A stretch of DNA of 64,000 bases from Minisyncoccia bacterium (GCA_049274895.1 JBASTM010000005.1:9636-73635); one strand, 5' to 3'; positions 1 through 9,779 are shown, counted from the stretch's first letter. Program-made: numbers and translations. Notes: generated by a model from the sequence alone, not told the origin.

Positions 1-855
1 CAGTTGGTGGACGATGGTGTAAATAAGCACCACCCACAGCGCCACCACCGGCGACTTTAAGAGACCAAACAAGACCGCCGGAATGGCCGCTAAAATCGGG
101 CCGAAGATGGGAATAATTTCCATAACAGCAGCCACCACCGCCAAAAGAACCCGATGGTTTATGCCAAAAATAGCCAGGCCAATATAGACCAAAACTCCCA
201 CCACGGCGCTTAAAATAATCTGGGCCTGCAGCCAGCGGCCGAGTTTGTATTGGGCCCGGGCCCATAAACCCAAAACGTAGGCCTGATGTTCTTTGGGCGT
301 AATTGAACGCAAGAAGATGTTGATACCGTGTTCCTGCGCCGAAAGATAAAAAGAGATAACAATCACAAAAACGGCCGAAACCACGCCGCCGAAAATTTTG
401 GTGGTGGCGCCAAAGATGTTGCCCGAAACATGAGCCAGATTATTGCTGACTTCCAATAAATTGTCTTGAACACTATTTAGAAGCTGTTCGTATTGGGGCG
501 CCGTGTCGCGGACGGCTTTGAAAAAACTGTTGACCTTGTCAAAATAGAGCGGCACGGTCAAAGAAAGGTTATCCAGTTCGGCGGCCAGGGGCGAAACTAT
601 AAAATAAAGCACCGTGCCCAAAGCCAGAAAGGCCAAAAAATAAATTAAAAACACGCCCAGCGTCCGGGGCACGCCTTTTTTATTAAGATAATTGACGAGA
701 GGCGTGACGGCGGCCGCGATGATGACCGAAAACAAAAGCACCGCGATGACGTCGCGGATCAGGTACAGCATCGCCGCACCCAAAACAATAGCCAGCGAGC
801 GGAATAAAGTTTCGGTGGTGATGCTGATGTCTAAATGGGATCCGGGAACCTTCAA
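1..855 (-). CDS. AI-2E family (PerM/UPF0118-like) membrane transporter. It is 3-prime truncated by the window edge, with a probable TTG start at 853-855.
   Basis: My own minus-strand translation gives a long hydrophobic multi-TM protein (...ISITTETLFRSLAIVLGAAMLYLIRDV...VISFYLSAQEHGINIFLRSITPKEH...) that resembles AI-2E/PerM permeases. The frame is open to position 1. It is not in the supplied ORF track because it runs off the window. Confidence 0.5.
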   Translation of the reverse strand, partial: MKVPGSHLDISITTETLFRSLAIVLGAAMLYLIRDVIAVLLFSVIIAAAVTPLVNYLNKKGVPRTLGVFLIYFLAFLALGTVLYFIVSPLAAELDNLSLTVPLYFDKVNSFFKAVRDTAPQYEQLLNSVQDNLLEVSNNLAHVSGNIFGATTKIFGGVVSAVFVIVISFYLSAQEHGINIFLRSITPKEHQAYVLGLWARAQYKLGRWLQAQIILSAVVGVLVYIGLAIFGINHRVLLAVVAAVMEIIPIFGPILAAIPAVLFGLLKSPVVALWVVLIYTIVHQL

Positions 856-856
856 A

Positions 857-2128
857 TTAGAATTTTAAGATTTTCTCAAAGCCCTCCTGGTCCTTTAAGG
901 GGCCAATTACGGCTAGGTTGAGATTCTTGTTTTGGAAAATATCTTCGGCGACTTGTTTAACGTCGTCTGTGGTAACTTTGTCCATCATACTGAACTTCTG
1001 TTCCACTGTCAATATATCACGGACCAGCACCTCCTGCAGGCCAAAAAACGAGGCGACTTCGTCGGAAGATTCCAAACTTATCAGCGTGCCGCCTTTTATA
1101 AAATCTTTGGCTTTTTGAAGCTCTTTTTCGGTAACGCCGTCGCGCCGGGCCTTGTTTAATTCTTCCATAATAGCTTCCACGGCCTCATGGATTCTTTTGG
1201 TATCAACACCGGAAGAAACCTCAAAGTAACCGTGATCAGCGGAGAGGGTACTTCCAGCCCTAATGTAATAACCCAAACCCAGTTCGTCGCGGATTCTTAT
1301 AAACAAGCGCGAAGACATTCCCCCGCCCAATATGGTGGCCAGCAACCCCAAAGCCCAGCGCCGCGGGTCAAAAATATCGTAAGCGCGCGCGCCTAAAATC
1401 AAATGGCATTGGTCGGTGTCTTTGTAGGTGACTTTAACTTGCGGACCTGATTGAGATTCTACACAGGCCAAGGGTTTTTCGGTTTGGCCTTCGCGCACGC
1501 CGCCGAAATACTTTTGAACTTTGGCTTTGGCCTCGTCCAAACCGATATGGCCCGCCACCGCCACCGTAACGTTGCCCGACTTATAATGCTTGTCCAGATA
1601 ATCCAAAAAATTTTGGCGAGTAAGCGACCGGATAACCTCCTTGCGGCCGGCGATGTCCCAGCCGGCCGGCTGGTCGCCGTATAACAACTCTTCAAACAAA
1701 TCGCCTATCTTGCGCATGGGCGTATCTTCGTACATATCTATTTCGCCTATAATCACCCCACGTTCTTTTTCTATCTCGGCGGCCGGAATGGTGGAATTAA
1801 GAAAAATATCCGAGACCACGTCAAAAGCCAAATCGGCGTGGCGCGCGTCCACTTTAACCCAGTAGCCCGTCAGTTCCTTGTCGGTAAAAGCGTTGTAGGC
1901 CGCGCCGACGGCATCCAGTTCGTGGGCGATATCCGATTTGCCGGGCCTTTTAGTAGTGCCCTTAAAAAACATATGCTCCAAAAAATGCGAGATGCCGTTG
2001 ATGTCTTTGGTTTCGTATCTGGAGCCGGTGCCCACCAAAACCAGAATGGTCAAAGTCTGGGTGCTGGTCATAGGCACATAGACGGCCCTTAAGCCGTTGG
2101 GCCAGATTTCTTTGGTGAATGTATGCAT
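857..2128 (-). CDS. M16 (pitrilysin/insulinase) family zinc peptidase
   Basis: Inverted zinc-binding motif HFLEHMFFKGT (HxxEH) near the N-terminus, and a length typical of an M16 peptidase. The start is placed at the internal Met (MHTFTKEIWPNG), because the upstream 5-prime extension overlaps a terminator hairpin. Confidence 0.8.
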   Translation of the reverse strand: MHTFTKEIWPNGLRAVYVPMTSTQTLTILVLVGTGSRYETKDINGISHFLEHMFFKGTTKRPGKSDIAHELDAVGAAYNAFTDKELTGYWVKVDARHADLAFDVVSDIFLNSTIPAAEIEKERGVIIGEIDMYEDTPMRKIGDLFEELLYGDQPAGWDIAGRKEVIRSLTRQNFLDYLDKHYKSGNVTVAVAGHIGLDEAKAKVQKYFGGVREGQTEKPLACVESQSGPQVKVTYKDTDQCHLILGARAYDIFDPRRWALGLLATILGGGMSSRLFIRIRDELGLGYYIRAGSTLSADHGYFEVSSGVDTKRIHEAVEAIMEELNKARRDGVTEKELQKAKDFIKGGTLISLESSDEVASFFGLQEVLVRDILTVEQKFSMMDKVTTDDVKQVAEDIFQNKNLNLAVIGPLKDQEGFEKILKF

Positions 2129-2160
2129 AGTTCTAAATATATCATCCAACCTGATTAAAA

Positions 2161-2192
2161 AAGAAGCCCCGACGTTGCGTCGGGGCTTGGAC
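2161..2192 (-). terminator. Rho-independent terminator hairpin (gccccgacg-ttgcg-tcggggc followed by a T-run on the minus strand), downstream of the GC-rich 249-aa gene
   Basis: Perfect 9-bp GC stem followed by ttctttttt when read on the minus strand. Confidence 0.5.
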
Positions 2193-2319
2193 AAGGGTAC
2201 AGGGGAAAAATTACAAGCGTAAGAATTCAGGAAACTACCCGTTCAGGCCTTCGGCTCCCTCGGGACTGAGTCCTTGGGACGAACGTCTGAGCCTCAGTCT
2301 CGAAGAGGTCTGAGACCCT

Positions 2320-3069
2320 TCAGGATCGAACGACCTGACGGGAACGCAGGCCGTCGCTGGCGTCATCGGAGTCGTACCAGAGAACCTTGAGCCTGCCCCC
2401 GTACCAATCGACGCCCGGCACACCGCCATCCCGACTGCGAGAACCCGAACACAGAGTGATATTGTCTACGTCCGGGTGTTTCTTGGTCTCGCTCCAGTAC
2501 ATCAAGCCGTGGAGTTCTCGCTCGGTGAGGGTCTCGGTGGTGAGGCATCTGGTCTTAATGTCGTCGGCCGAGAGGTTTTTGAGTTCCTCGTCGGCTTCCT
2601 GCCTGTCCCTGACCCAGATGGCGTAGGGGCCATCTTTGGGGTTTCTTTCCTCTTTGTCCCAGTCCAGAGCTGTGTCCAGATCATTGTTGTAGCGCCAGCA
2701 GGGGAAGTGCTGGGCGCAGACCTCGTAGACCCGGTTGGGTGTGAGGCCTTGGGCCACAATGATGAGGCGGTCAAAGCCGGGCTGATGTTGAGGGATGGGG
2801 ACTTGGGAAAAGTCCAGCTCCATGCCGAAGAACTGGCGGTAGAAGAGTTGTTGGGGGGTGAGCGTCTCACTAATGTCCATTGCTACCGACGATCTGAATG
2901 GGTTGCGATGTTCTACCACCCTCTTTTGAAGATCGTCCAGCGTCAGACCTTTGCCGGGTTCGCGCAAACCCCGAATCAACTGCTTGTCTATCTCGCCCAT
3001 AATACCGCGGCGCTTTTCCAGCCAGTCCGGCGTCAGATCCGGACCCACGACCGCTCTTTTTTTAGCCAC
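2320..3069 (-). CDS. Hypothetical protein (249 aa) in a GC-rich patch; no recognisable motifs
   Basis: Long ORF whose GC content is clearly above its neighbours. The sequence (PDWLEKRRGIMGEIDKQLIRGL...HFPCWRYNNDLD...) does not match any family I recognise. Confidence 0.4.
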   Translation of the reverse strand: MAKKRAVVGPDLTPDWLEKRRGIMGEIDKQLIRGLREPGKGLTLDDLQKRVVEHRNPFRSSVAMDISETLTPQQLFYRQFFGMELDFSQVPIPQHQPGFDRLIIVAQGLTPNRVYEVCAQHFPCWRYNNDLDTALDWDKEERNPKDGPYAIWVRDRQEADEELKNLSADDIKTRCLTTETLTERELHGLMYWSETKKHPDVDNITLCSGSRSRDGGVPGVDWYGGRLKVLWYDSDDASDGLRSRQVVRS

Positions 3070-3222
3070 GGCCGTATCCTCCTATAAATGGGGTTATAAA
3101 GAACATCCGGCTCTATTTGAGCTTAATATATCACTACCACGCCGCATTAAACAAAGTCAAATCAAATAGCACGAGAATACGATCGTATTCTCGTGCTAAA
3201 TTATTTAATTACCAGTTACTAA

Positions 3223-4515
3223 TTATAAATCTCCTTTGGTTTTCAAAAAAATACCCAACTCTCCCGCCTTTACCCGCTCCTGTTTGGTGGTATCCCTATC
3301 CCTCACCGTAACTGTATCATCTTCCAAAGTTTGATAATCAATCGTAACACAAAAGGGCGTGCCGATTTCGTCTTGCGAATAATAACGCTTGCCCACATTG
3401 CCGCGATCGTCCCAAGCAATAGGAAGAAGTGAGTAGTGAGTAGTGAGTAGCGAATAGACATCGCGGGCTTTGCGCACAAGGTCCGGTTTGTTGGCCGAAA
3501 GCGGAAACACGGCCGCCTTATAAGGCGCGAGGCGCGGCTTAAGTTTAAGCACTGTCCGATTCTTGTCGCTATCGTCGTAGGCGCTCGCCAAAACCGCCAA
3601 GACCGACCTGTCCACCCCCCAGGTGGGCTCTATCACGTGCGGGTAAAACTCCTCCCCGCTGGCAGTATCACGGTAGGGCGGTTCCTTAAAGTGATTTCGC
3701 AAATCAAAATCGGTGCGGTAGGCCAAGCCATAAAGTTCTTTGCGGCCGAAAGGAAAATCAAATTCAAAATCGATGGTGCGTTTGGAATAATGGGCCCGCT
3801 CCGCGGCCGGAACTTCCAGTTCGTGAATATGCCGAAGGTCCAGGCCGATGTCTTCCATCCAACCCAACATTTCCTTCCGCCAATGATCAAAACTGTCCTG
3901 CCAGTCTTCTTTTTTAATAAAATACTCTATCTCCATCTGTTCAAACTCGCGCGTGCGGAATATAAAATTTCCGGGCGTGATTTCATTTCTAAAGGCCTTG
4001 CCGATTTGGGCGATGCCGAAAGGAATCGTTTTACGGGTGGTGTCCAAAACATTCTTAAAATCCACAAACATCGCCTGGGCCGTTTCGGGGCGAAGATAAA
4101 CAGTACTGGCCGAATCCTCCGACGGCCCCAGGAAAGTCTTGAACATCAAATTAAAATCCTTGGCCTCGTTAAAACTTTTTTTGGCTCCGCAGTCGGGACA
4201 ATCGTCTCCGGTCTCGTCAGCCCTGAATCTTTTGTGGCATTTTTTGCATTCCACCAGCGGATCTTTGAACTCTTTAAGATGCCCCGACGCTTCCCACACT
4301 TTCGGATTCATTATTAAAGCCGCATCCAAACCGACCATGTCGTCGCGGCCGTGCACAAACTTGCGCCACCACAATTGCTTGATGTTGTTTTTTAATTCCA
4401 CACCCAAAGGGCCGTAGTCCCAGCTGTTGGCCAAACCGCCGTAAATCTCACTGCCCGGATACACAAACCCGCGGCGTTTGCATAAAGAAACAATTTTTTC
4501 TATGGAATCCGTCAT
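3223..4515 (-). CDS. glyQS: Glycine--tRNA ligase, dimeric class II type
   Basis: N-terminus GFVYPGSEIYGGLANSWDYGPLG and C-terminal GKRYYSQDEIGTPFCVTIDY are characteristic of GlyQS. The gene contains an in-frame heptamer tandem repeat (see findings). Confidence 0.9.
   Translation of the reverse strand: MTDSIEKIVSLCKRRGFVYPGSEIYGGLANSWDYGPLGVELKNNIKQLWWRKFVHGRDDMVGLDAALIMNPKVWEASGHLKEFKDPLVECKKCHKRFRADETGDDCPDCGAKKSFNEAKDFNLMFKTFLGPSEDSASTVYLRPETAQAMFVDFKNVLDTTRKTIPFGIAQIGKAFRNEITPGNFIFRTREFEQMEIEYFIKKEDWQDSFDHWRKEMLGWMEDIGLDLRHIHELEVPAAERAHYSKRTIDFEFDFPFGRKELYGLAYRTDFDLRNHFKEPPYRDTASGEEFYPHVIEPTWGVDRSVLAVLASAYDDSDKNRTVLKLKPRLAPYKAAVFPLSANKPDLVRKARDVYSLLTTHYSLLPIAWDDRGNVGKRYYSQDEIGTPFCVTIDYQTLEDDTVTVRDRDTTKQERVKAGELGIFLKTKGDL
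3429..3449. repeat. Perfect tandem repeat (gtgagta)x3, followed by a degenerate fourth unit, inside glyQS
   Basis: Plus-strand sequence gtgagtagtgagtagtgagtagcgaatag. On the coding strand it encodes LLTTHYSLL. Confidence 0.9.
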
Positions 4516-4528
4516 TGTGTTTGATTGT

Positions 4529-5914
4529 TCATTCTCCGTTTTTAATTTCCAGTGTCAAACTCTGGCCGGCCGAGATTTTGGAAACCGCCAGGCCTTCGGG
4601 TTTGGTGGTGGATTCCAGCGTGGCCGAGAGGGGCAGTTTGGCTTCGCCTGATATGCTTTCTTTAACCCTGACTTTCAGCGTCAGCTCGCCTCTTTCCAAG
4701 GGTTGCAGACCAAAAAACTTGGCGTAGTTGTCTTTGTTCAAAATAAGGGTTCGGGATGTTGGATTTAATCCGGTTGCCGGCTGGACCGAGGCCAGATCAA
4801 AATTGTCGCCGTTAAAGTTAATCTTAAGCGTCAGATTGGCAAGGGGAATATCCAAATTATTCTGCCAGACGAATTTATAGCTTACACTCTCGCCCGGCCG
4901 CGCCGAGGCGAGACCGGCCGGCTCGGTGTTTAGATACAGCGCCAGGGGCGGCATTATTAACTTTATCTCACCGCTGGTTTCCTGGTAGGTTTTCCAATTG
5001 GCGCCTTCCCGGCCTTCCACCAAGGCCCTGAAAATCTTTTTTTCCCCTTCCAAACCGCTGATCACACCCTTAAGCACCAACTCTTTTGACTCTTGGGGCA
5101 AGATTTCTTCCAACTGCCAAACATTGTTAAAATCGGCTAACTTCTCTGATGTCGCCTCGACCCTAAAGCCGGCGGGATACTCCAAACGCACCCTTAAATT
5201 TTGAAAACCGGTTTCGCTTTCGTTTTTTAAGTTAAAAATAATCTCCACCTTTTCGCCCGAAACAGTCTCGGGCGCGGCTGCCACCGTTAGACCGACAGGA
5301 AAAGAAGTTATCTTGGTAACAGCCGTGGCCACCGATTCAAAAACAATGTTGCCCGAAGACGGCTTAAACTTAAACACCGCTTGGGCTTTTCTTTCAAAAT
5401 TCTCGCCGCCGTAAAGCGCGGCCTTAAATTCCCGCTCATAAAGACCGCCCGATTTTAATTCGGGAATAGCGATGGTTTGTTTTAAGATACTGGTTCTAAA
5501 TTGGGCCGACTCGCCCGGAGCTATTTCCGGTTTGGAAAAATCGGGAAACTGGAAAGTGAGCTCGGCGTCTTTTAGCTCGGTTTCATTTTTATTAACAATA
5601 CCCAGCTTCCAAACGGCGGTTTGGCCAGCCGCGATCTCGGACGGGCTCTCCAATTTTATTTCTACTTGATCTTTTCTAAAAGCGTAAAACCCACGAAAAA
5701 AAATATAGACGGCCACCACCGCGGCCAAGAAAAGGAAAATTCCCGCGCCCAAGAATATCTTTTTCCAGATTTCGGGCGAAGGCGGAGTATCGCTCGGGGG
5801 CGGCGGCAAAACTATGGGCGGCTCCGGCGGCACAATTTCCGGTTCAACTTTAGGCAAAACCGGTTTTTGGGGAGTATAGAGTTTCTTTTGGAGTTCTTCT
5901 AGGTTATCGGGCAT
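4529..5914 (-). CDS. Membrane-anchored surface protein with a Pro-rich N-terminus, one TM helix and a repeated beta-rich (CARDB/DUF11-like) extracellular region
   Basis: PPEPPIVLPPPPSDTPPSP followed by a hydrophobic helix (IFLGAGIFLFLAAVVAVYIFF), then long beta-strand-like repeats. Confidence 0.5.
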   Translation of the reverse strand: MPDNLEELQKKLYTPQKPVLPKVEPEIVPPEPPIVLPPPPSDTPPSPEIWKKIFLGAGIFLFLAAVVAVYIFFRGFYAFRKDQVEIKLESPSEIAAGQTAVWKLGIVNKNETELKDAELTFQFPDFSKPEIAPGESAQFRTSILKQTIAIPELKSGGLYEREFKAALYGGENFERKAQAVFKFKPSSGNIVFESVATAVTKITSFPVGLTVAAAPETVSGEKVEIIFNLKNESETGFQNLRVRLEYPAGFRVEATSEKLADFNNVWQLEEILPQESKELVLKGVISGLEGEKKIFRALVEGREGANWKTYQETSGEIKLIMPPLALYLNTEPAGLASARPGESVSYKFVWQNNLDIPLANLTLKINFNGDNFDLASVQPATGLNPTSRTLILNKDNYAKFFGLQPLERGELTLKVRVKESISGEAKLPLSATLESTTKPEGLAVSKISAGQSLTLEIKNGE

Positions 5915-5921
5915 GTTTCTA

Positions 5922-6479
5922 TTATATCAGTTTAGAAATACTTAGCCCAAAATGATGCAGGAACAAAGCCTCGGTCCTTTTTCTAAGATGAGCAGCGTTC
6001 ATTGGCCTAAAATCGGGTGAGCGGGGGTTTAAGCCGTTTAGATCCAAAAGATGATAACACCATTGGTAAACTGATTCTTCCAAATTGGCTGGGGAGGTAT
6101 AGCGGTTGTTCAAAATAGAAAAAAAGTCAAAAGTTTTCTGCCAAACCTTCTCTTCGCCCACACCCGGTTCAAAAATTCTAAAAATAACCTCGGCTGCAAA
6201 ATGGGCCAGTTTAAGGCGAAAGAGGCTGTTTTTAATAACCTTGAAATCATCCTTGATTCTAAAATCGGTGGCGATGGGCAGATATTTGGCCGGCACGTAA
6301 AACAAATCCACCCAATTAAAAACAGCCAGGCCGGCCTTTAGTTTGGCCTCTTGTTTGCGCACGCCTTTGGCCTGCAAGCGCATTAAACCCTGTTCTTTGG
6401 TGTAAAGCGTAAAAACGGCATCGGCCTCGCGCCGCGGAGTTTTCTTTAGTATGATGCCCTCAACGGATTTCATAGCCAA
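5922..6479 (-). CDS. recO: DNA repair protein RecO (short form)
   Basis: N-terminal EGIILKKTPRREADAVFTLYTKEQGLMRLQAKG matches the RecO OB-fold signature; the size is also consistent. Confidence 0.6.
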   Translation of the reverse strand: MAMKSVEGIILKKTPRREADAVFTLYTKEQGLMRLQAKGVRKQEAKLKAGLAVFNWVDLFYVPAKYLPIATDFRIKDDFKVIKNSLFRLKLAHFAAEVIFRIFEPGVGEEKVWQKTFDFFSILNNRYTSPANLEESVYQWCYHLLDLNGLNPRSPDFRPMNAAHLRKRTEALFLHHFGLSISKLI

Positions 6480-6530
6480 GAGTATAACATCCTAAAAACA
6501 GAATACAGAATAGGGAAAAATAAAGGCAAA

Positions 6531-6606
6531 CATCGCTCCGAGTGGCTCATGGAGAAGACAGCGTCTACAATAAAGAGGCCTCCATGTCGTCCACGGAGGA
6601 GCGATG
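6531..6606. repeat. Structured intergenic element, copy 1, with core CTCATGGAGAAGAC and a closing 9-bp stem catcgctcc/ggagcgatg
   Basis: Similar to a second copy at 8639-8720. Confidence 0.6.
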
Positions 6607-6640
6607 CTTGCCGAGGATAAACAAATCTCACTTATAGACA

Positions 6641-8245
6641 ATGCCTAAAAACAAAAAAATTCTATTAGCTATCCTATTTATAGCTGGATTTTTGCGCTTG
6701 GTCGGCCTTGGGTCAAGCGAGCTTTTGTTCGACGAAGCCCTTTATTCTTTCAGATCCATCGGCTGGCTGGATTACCTGGAAAGCGCCGTCCAAACCACGC
6801 CCGTGCAGTGGTTGGCCGATTCCGACTTGCCCGCATGGCAAAAATTATCCTTCCACGACCATCCCCCGCTTTTCTTTTTGATCCAGCGAATGTTTTTTAA
6901 AGTTTTCGGTGATTCATTATTGGCCTCCCGTCTACCCTCCGCGATTTTCGGCATAGCTTTTGTTTACTTGATCTATCTTGTCGCCAAAAAACTGTTCGCA
7001 TCGGCCACGGCCGGGCTTTTCGCCGCGCTGACGGCAACGGTAAGTTTGGCCCACGTTTCGGTTTCGCGACTCGCCATGATGGAATCGGTTTTATTCTTTT
7101 TTATTCTGCTCAATATTTATTATTTCTTAAAACTCCTGGACGATCGCAAACGCTGGCTGATGTTCGGTTTAACGCTGGGCCTCGCTTTTCTAACCAAATA
7201 TATTACCGTATTTCTGATACCAACCTATTTAGTATTCCTGATGGTCCACCGGCGCGACGTCTTAAAAAACTCCAAACTGTATCTGGCCTTGATCGTATCG
7301 GTTCTGATTTTCTCGCCGGTAATAATCTACAACATCTATTCTTATAAAACCTTCGGCCATTTTGACCTGCAATTCGCTTATCTCTTAAACCAAAAAACTC
7401 CTTGGCCCGTGGAGAGTTTCGGCGGCAAAACCCAGGATCCATTTTCCCAGATCGGCGAGAATCTAACCAGTGTGTTTTCCTGGCCGTTCTTGGCGATATC
7501 ATTGGCCGGCCTGGTTTTGACGCTGTGGAGGAAAGAATTAAGAAAACAATTGTCTCTGGTTCTGATTTCTTTTTTATCCATAACCCTGCTTTTAACCCAG
7601 ACCGGCTCGGCCATAAGATTCGTCTCGCTCTACATAATTCCATTCGCTTTTTTGATTGCAACGGCCTTCTTATTTTTCTGGCATAAAAAACCAAGGTTGA
7701 CTGCTGTTGTCTGTGCCGTTTTTATCGCCTACGAATTATTTTTCACGGCGAAAACCATTTTCCTAAACCCGCCCGACTACGGCGTGGCCAAGTTGGATAA
7801 ATATCTTGATTTGGTTTTTATGGGCGGCCGATCCGCAGCCATACCCACACACCCCAACCCGCACCTAGATAGAGTAATACAAAAATACGCCGCCGAAACG
7901 CCAGTCAAACTGACCCAACCGACTGGAATAATATATGACGACGATTTGGCCACCGGCCCGATGCTCTGGCTTTTTAGCCGCCGGCAGTATTATCATGCCA
8001 TACCGATAATGAAATCAAGCCAATTTCAGGAGATGACTGAAAACAAAACCATCGGGCAACTAAAAAACTTTGATCTGTATTTTGTTAAAGCCGAAGCCGC
8101 CTCGCCCTTAAACCCCATCCGCGCCACTGATTACGCCGAACAGGTGGAGAATATGATTAAAGCCAACAACCAAAAACCGGCTGTTGTCATAACCACCCGC
8201 GACGACCAGCTGGCTTTTGAGGTTTATAAATTTTCTCTCGAGTAA
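6641..8245 (+). CDS. GT39/GT83 family (PMT/ArnT-like) membrane glycosyltransferase
   Basis: About 12 predicted TM helices and an N-terminal FLRLVGLG...LFDEALY motif typical of PMT_2-type dolichyl/undecaprenyl-phosphate-dependent glycosyltransferases. Confidence 0.7.
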   Translation: MPKNKKILLAILFIAGFLRLVGLGSSELLFDEALYSFRSIGWLDYLESAVQTTPVQWLADSDLPAWQKLSFHDHPPLFFLIQRMFFKVFGDSLLASRLPSAIFGIAFVYLIYLVAKKLFASATAGLFAALTATVSLAHVSVSRLAMMESVLFFFILLNIYYFLKLLDDRKRWLMFGLTLGLAFLTKYITVFLIPTYLVFLMVHRRDVLKNSKLYLALIVSVLIFSPVIIYNIYSYKTFGHFDLQFAYLLNQKTPWPVESFGGKTQDPFSQIGENLTSVFSWPFLAISLAGLVLTLWRKELRKQLSLVLISFLSITLLLTQTGSAIRFVSLYIIPFAFLIATAFLFFWHKKPRLTAVVCAVFIAYELFFTAKTIFLNPPDYGVAKLDKYLDLVFMGGRSAAIPTHPNPHLDRVIQKYAAETPVKLTQPTGIIYDDDLATGPMLWLFSRRQYYHAIPIMKSSQFQEMTENKTIGQLKNFDLYFVKAEAASPLNPIRATDYAEQVENMIKANNQKPAVVITTRDDQLAFEVYKFSLE

Positions 8246-8248
8246 CTG

Positions 8249-8614
8249 CTATTTTTTCTCCAAATCCAAACAAACCGAGTTGATGCAATAACGCTGGCCG
8301 CCTTTGTCGGCCGGGCCATCGTCAAAAACATGGCCCAAGTGGGCGCCGCATTTTTTGCACACAACTTCGATGCGCACCATGCCTGCGCTGGTGTCTTCCT
8401 TTAGTTCCACATTTTCCAAATTAGCGGGTTCCGAAAAACTGGGCCAGCCGGTGTCGGAATCAAACTTGGCCTCCGAAGAAAACAGTTCGGCCCCGCAGAC
8501 GGCGCATTTATACATACCCTTTTCGTGGCTGTTCACATATTTGCCGCTAAACGGCGCCTCGGTGCCTTTTTGGCGAGCTACTCGGTATAATTCAGGATCC
8601 AGTTTTTTATCCAT
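8249..8614 (-). CDS. msrB: Peptide-methionine (R)-S-oxide reductase MsrB
   Basis: Two CxxC pairs (CAVCGAELF and [16 protein letters not shown]) and the catalytic RYCINS motif. Confidence 0.85.
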   Translation of the reverse strand: MDKKLDPELYRVARQKGTEAPFSGKYVNSHEKGMYKCAVCGAELFSSEAKFDSDTGWPSFSEPANLENVELKEDTSAGMVRIEVVCKKCGAHLGHVFDDGPADKGGQRYCINSVCLDLEKK

Positions 8615-8638
8615 AGATATAACCCTAATCCATCAAAA

Positions 8639-8720
8639 CATCATTCCGAACTGCCCTCATGGAGAAGACCTTAATGTAGCATTATGATGAGAGGCTCCGT
8701 GACAGGCAGTGAGGGGTGAT
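8639..8720. repeat. Structured intergenic element, copy 2 (catcattccgaactgccctcatggagaagac...)
   Basis: About 28 of 33 nt are identical to copy 1 over the core; it is again bounded by catc...gatg. Confidence 0.6.
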
Positions 8721-8789
8721 GTTTTGACGGAATAAAAACTATTTTAAGTATAAATCAAAAAACTCCGCGGTTCTTTGCATCACTAACGG

Positions 8790-9779
8790 CTAAGCGAAAG
8801 TAAATTCGTGGGGCTCGTCCTGATAAGTATAGTAAGTAACGTCCTTTTTATTTTCCTTGAGTTTGTTTACCAATTTGTCCGACCAGGCCACGGGCACCGA
8901 TTCGTCTTGGTCGCCGTGATGAATTAAAATGGGCGATTGGATTTTATCCAAAAAGTTTATAGCCGAGATATTGTTCCAAAACTCCAAATTGTCCTCGGGC
9001 GAGCCGTAAGTCTCCAATATCTTTTGAGCCAGCTCCGGCCGATGGTCACCCCATTTTTCAAAATTATCCCGCCAGTCAATTGATACCGGCGCCAACAACA
9101 CCACGGCTTTAACCAGATCAGGCCTCGTTACCAAAACATTGAGGCCAACCCCACCGCCCATGGAATGACCCAGCATGCTGATATTGTTTTTATCCAACTG
9201 AATCAAGCCGGAATTTTTGACGGCATAAATAGCATTGATTACATCTTCCAAATAACCCAGCCGGAACTCTAAATCAGCTTGGGAATCCTTACTGGAAAAA
9301 GCATGATTGCGGTAGTCGGAATGCACCACCGCGTAGCCCCGGCGGGCTAAATAATCCTGTTCACGCTTTAAGCCTCGGCCGTTGGTGTAAATAGCGGGGT
9401 CGATATAGCCGTGATTCAAAATCAAAACCGGCCAAGGCCCGGGGCCGTGAGGCAGGTTCATAATACCCGATATGGTTAAGTTGCCGCTTTTATAGGTAAT
9501 AAAATAACGGGTATAAGCTTCGTTTTGAGCGAGTATTTGCCCAAGTTTCAATTCCCGCCCATCGTATTCTTTGGCGGCATAAGCGGGCAGCGAAACCGGA
9601 TGTATTTGCGGCGGAGCCGAAGCGACCGAAGAAACATCGCCCATCACCTTACTGGGCCAGCCCTGGCCCCAAGCCAGCCAAGATAAAACCAGCGCCCCCG
9701 CGAGCGCCGACGATATAATTACATATTTGTATCGCAAAACCATAGCGTTTTCTATAATAACAAACAACACCACAATCAC
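8790..9779 (-). CDS. Alpha/beta-hydrolase (S9/dienelactone-hydrolase-like) with an N-terminal signal/anchor
   Basis: Nucleophile elbow GHSMGG, a downstream Asp and His, and a hydrophobic N-terminal segment. Confidence 0.7.
   Translation of the reverse strand: MIVVLFVIIENAMVLRYKYVIISSALAGALVLSWLAWGQGWPSKVMGDVSSVASAPPQIHPVSLPAYAAKEYDGRELKLGQILAQNEAYTRYFITYKSGNLTISGIMNLPHGPGPWPVLILNHGYIDPAIYTNGRGLKREQDYLARRGYAVVHSDYRNHAFSSKDSQADLEFRLGYLEDVINAIYAVKNSGLIQLDKNNISMLGHSMGGGVGLNVLVTRPDLVKAVVLLAPVSIDWRDNFEKWGDHRPELAQKILETYGSPEDNLEFWNNISAINFLDKIQSPILIHHGDQDESVPVAWSDKLVNKLKENKKDVTYYTYQDEPHEFTFA

Noticed and set aside
2387-4417. Multiple plus-strand ORFs (for example 2476..3087, 3637..4317, 4139..4417) lying antisense to the 249-aa gene and glyQS
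   Set aside because: They are shadow ORFs on the opposite strand of confidently identified genes, with no motifs.
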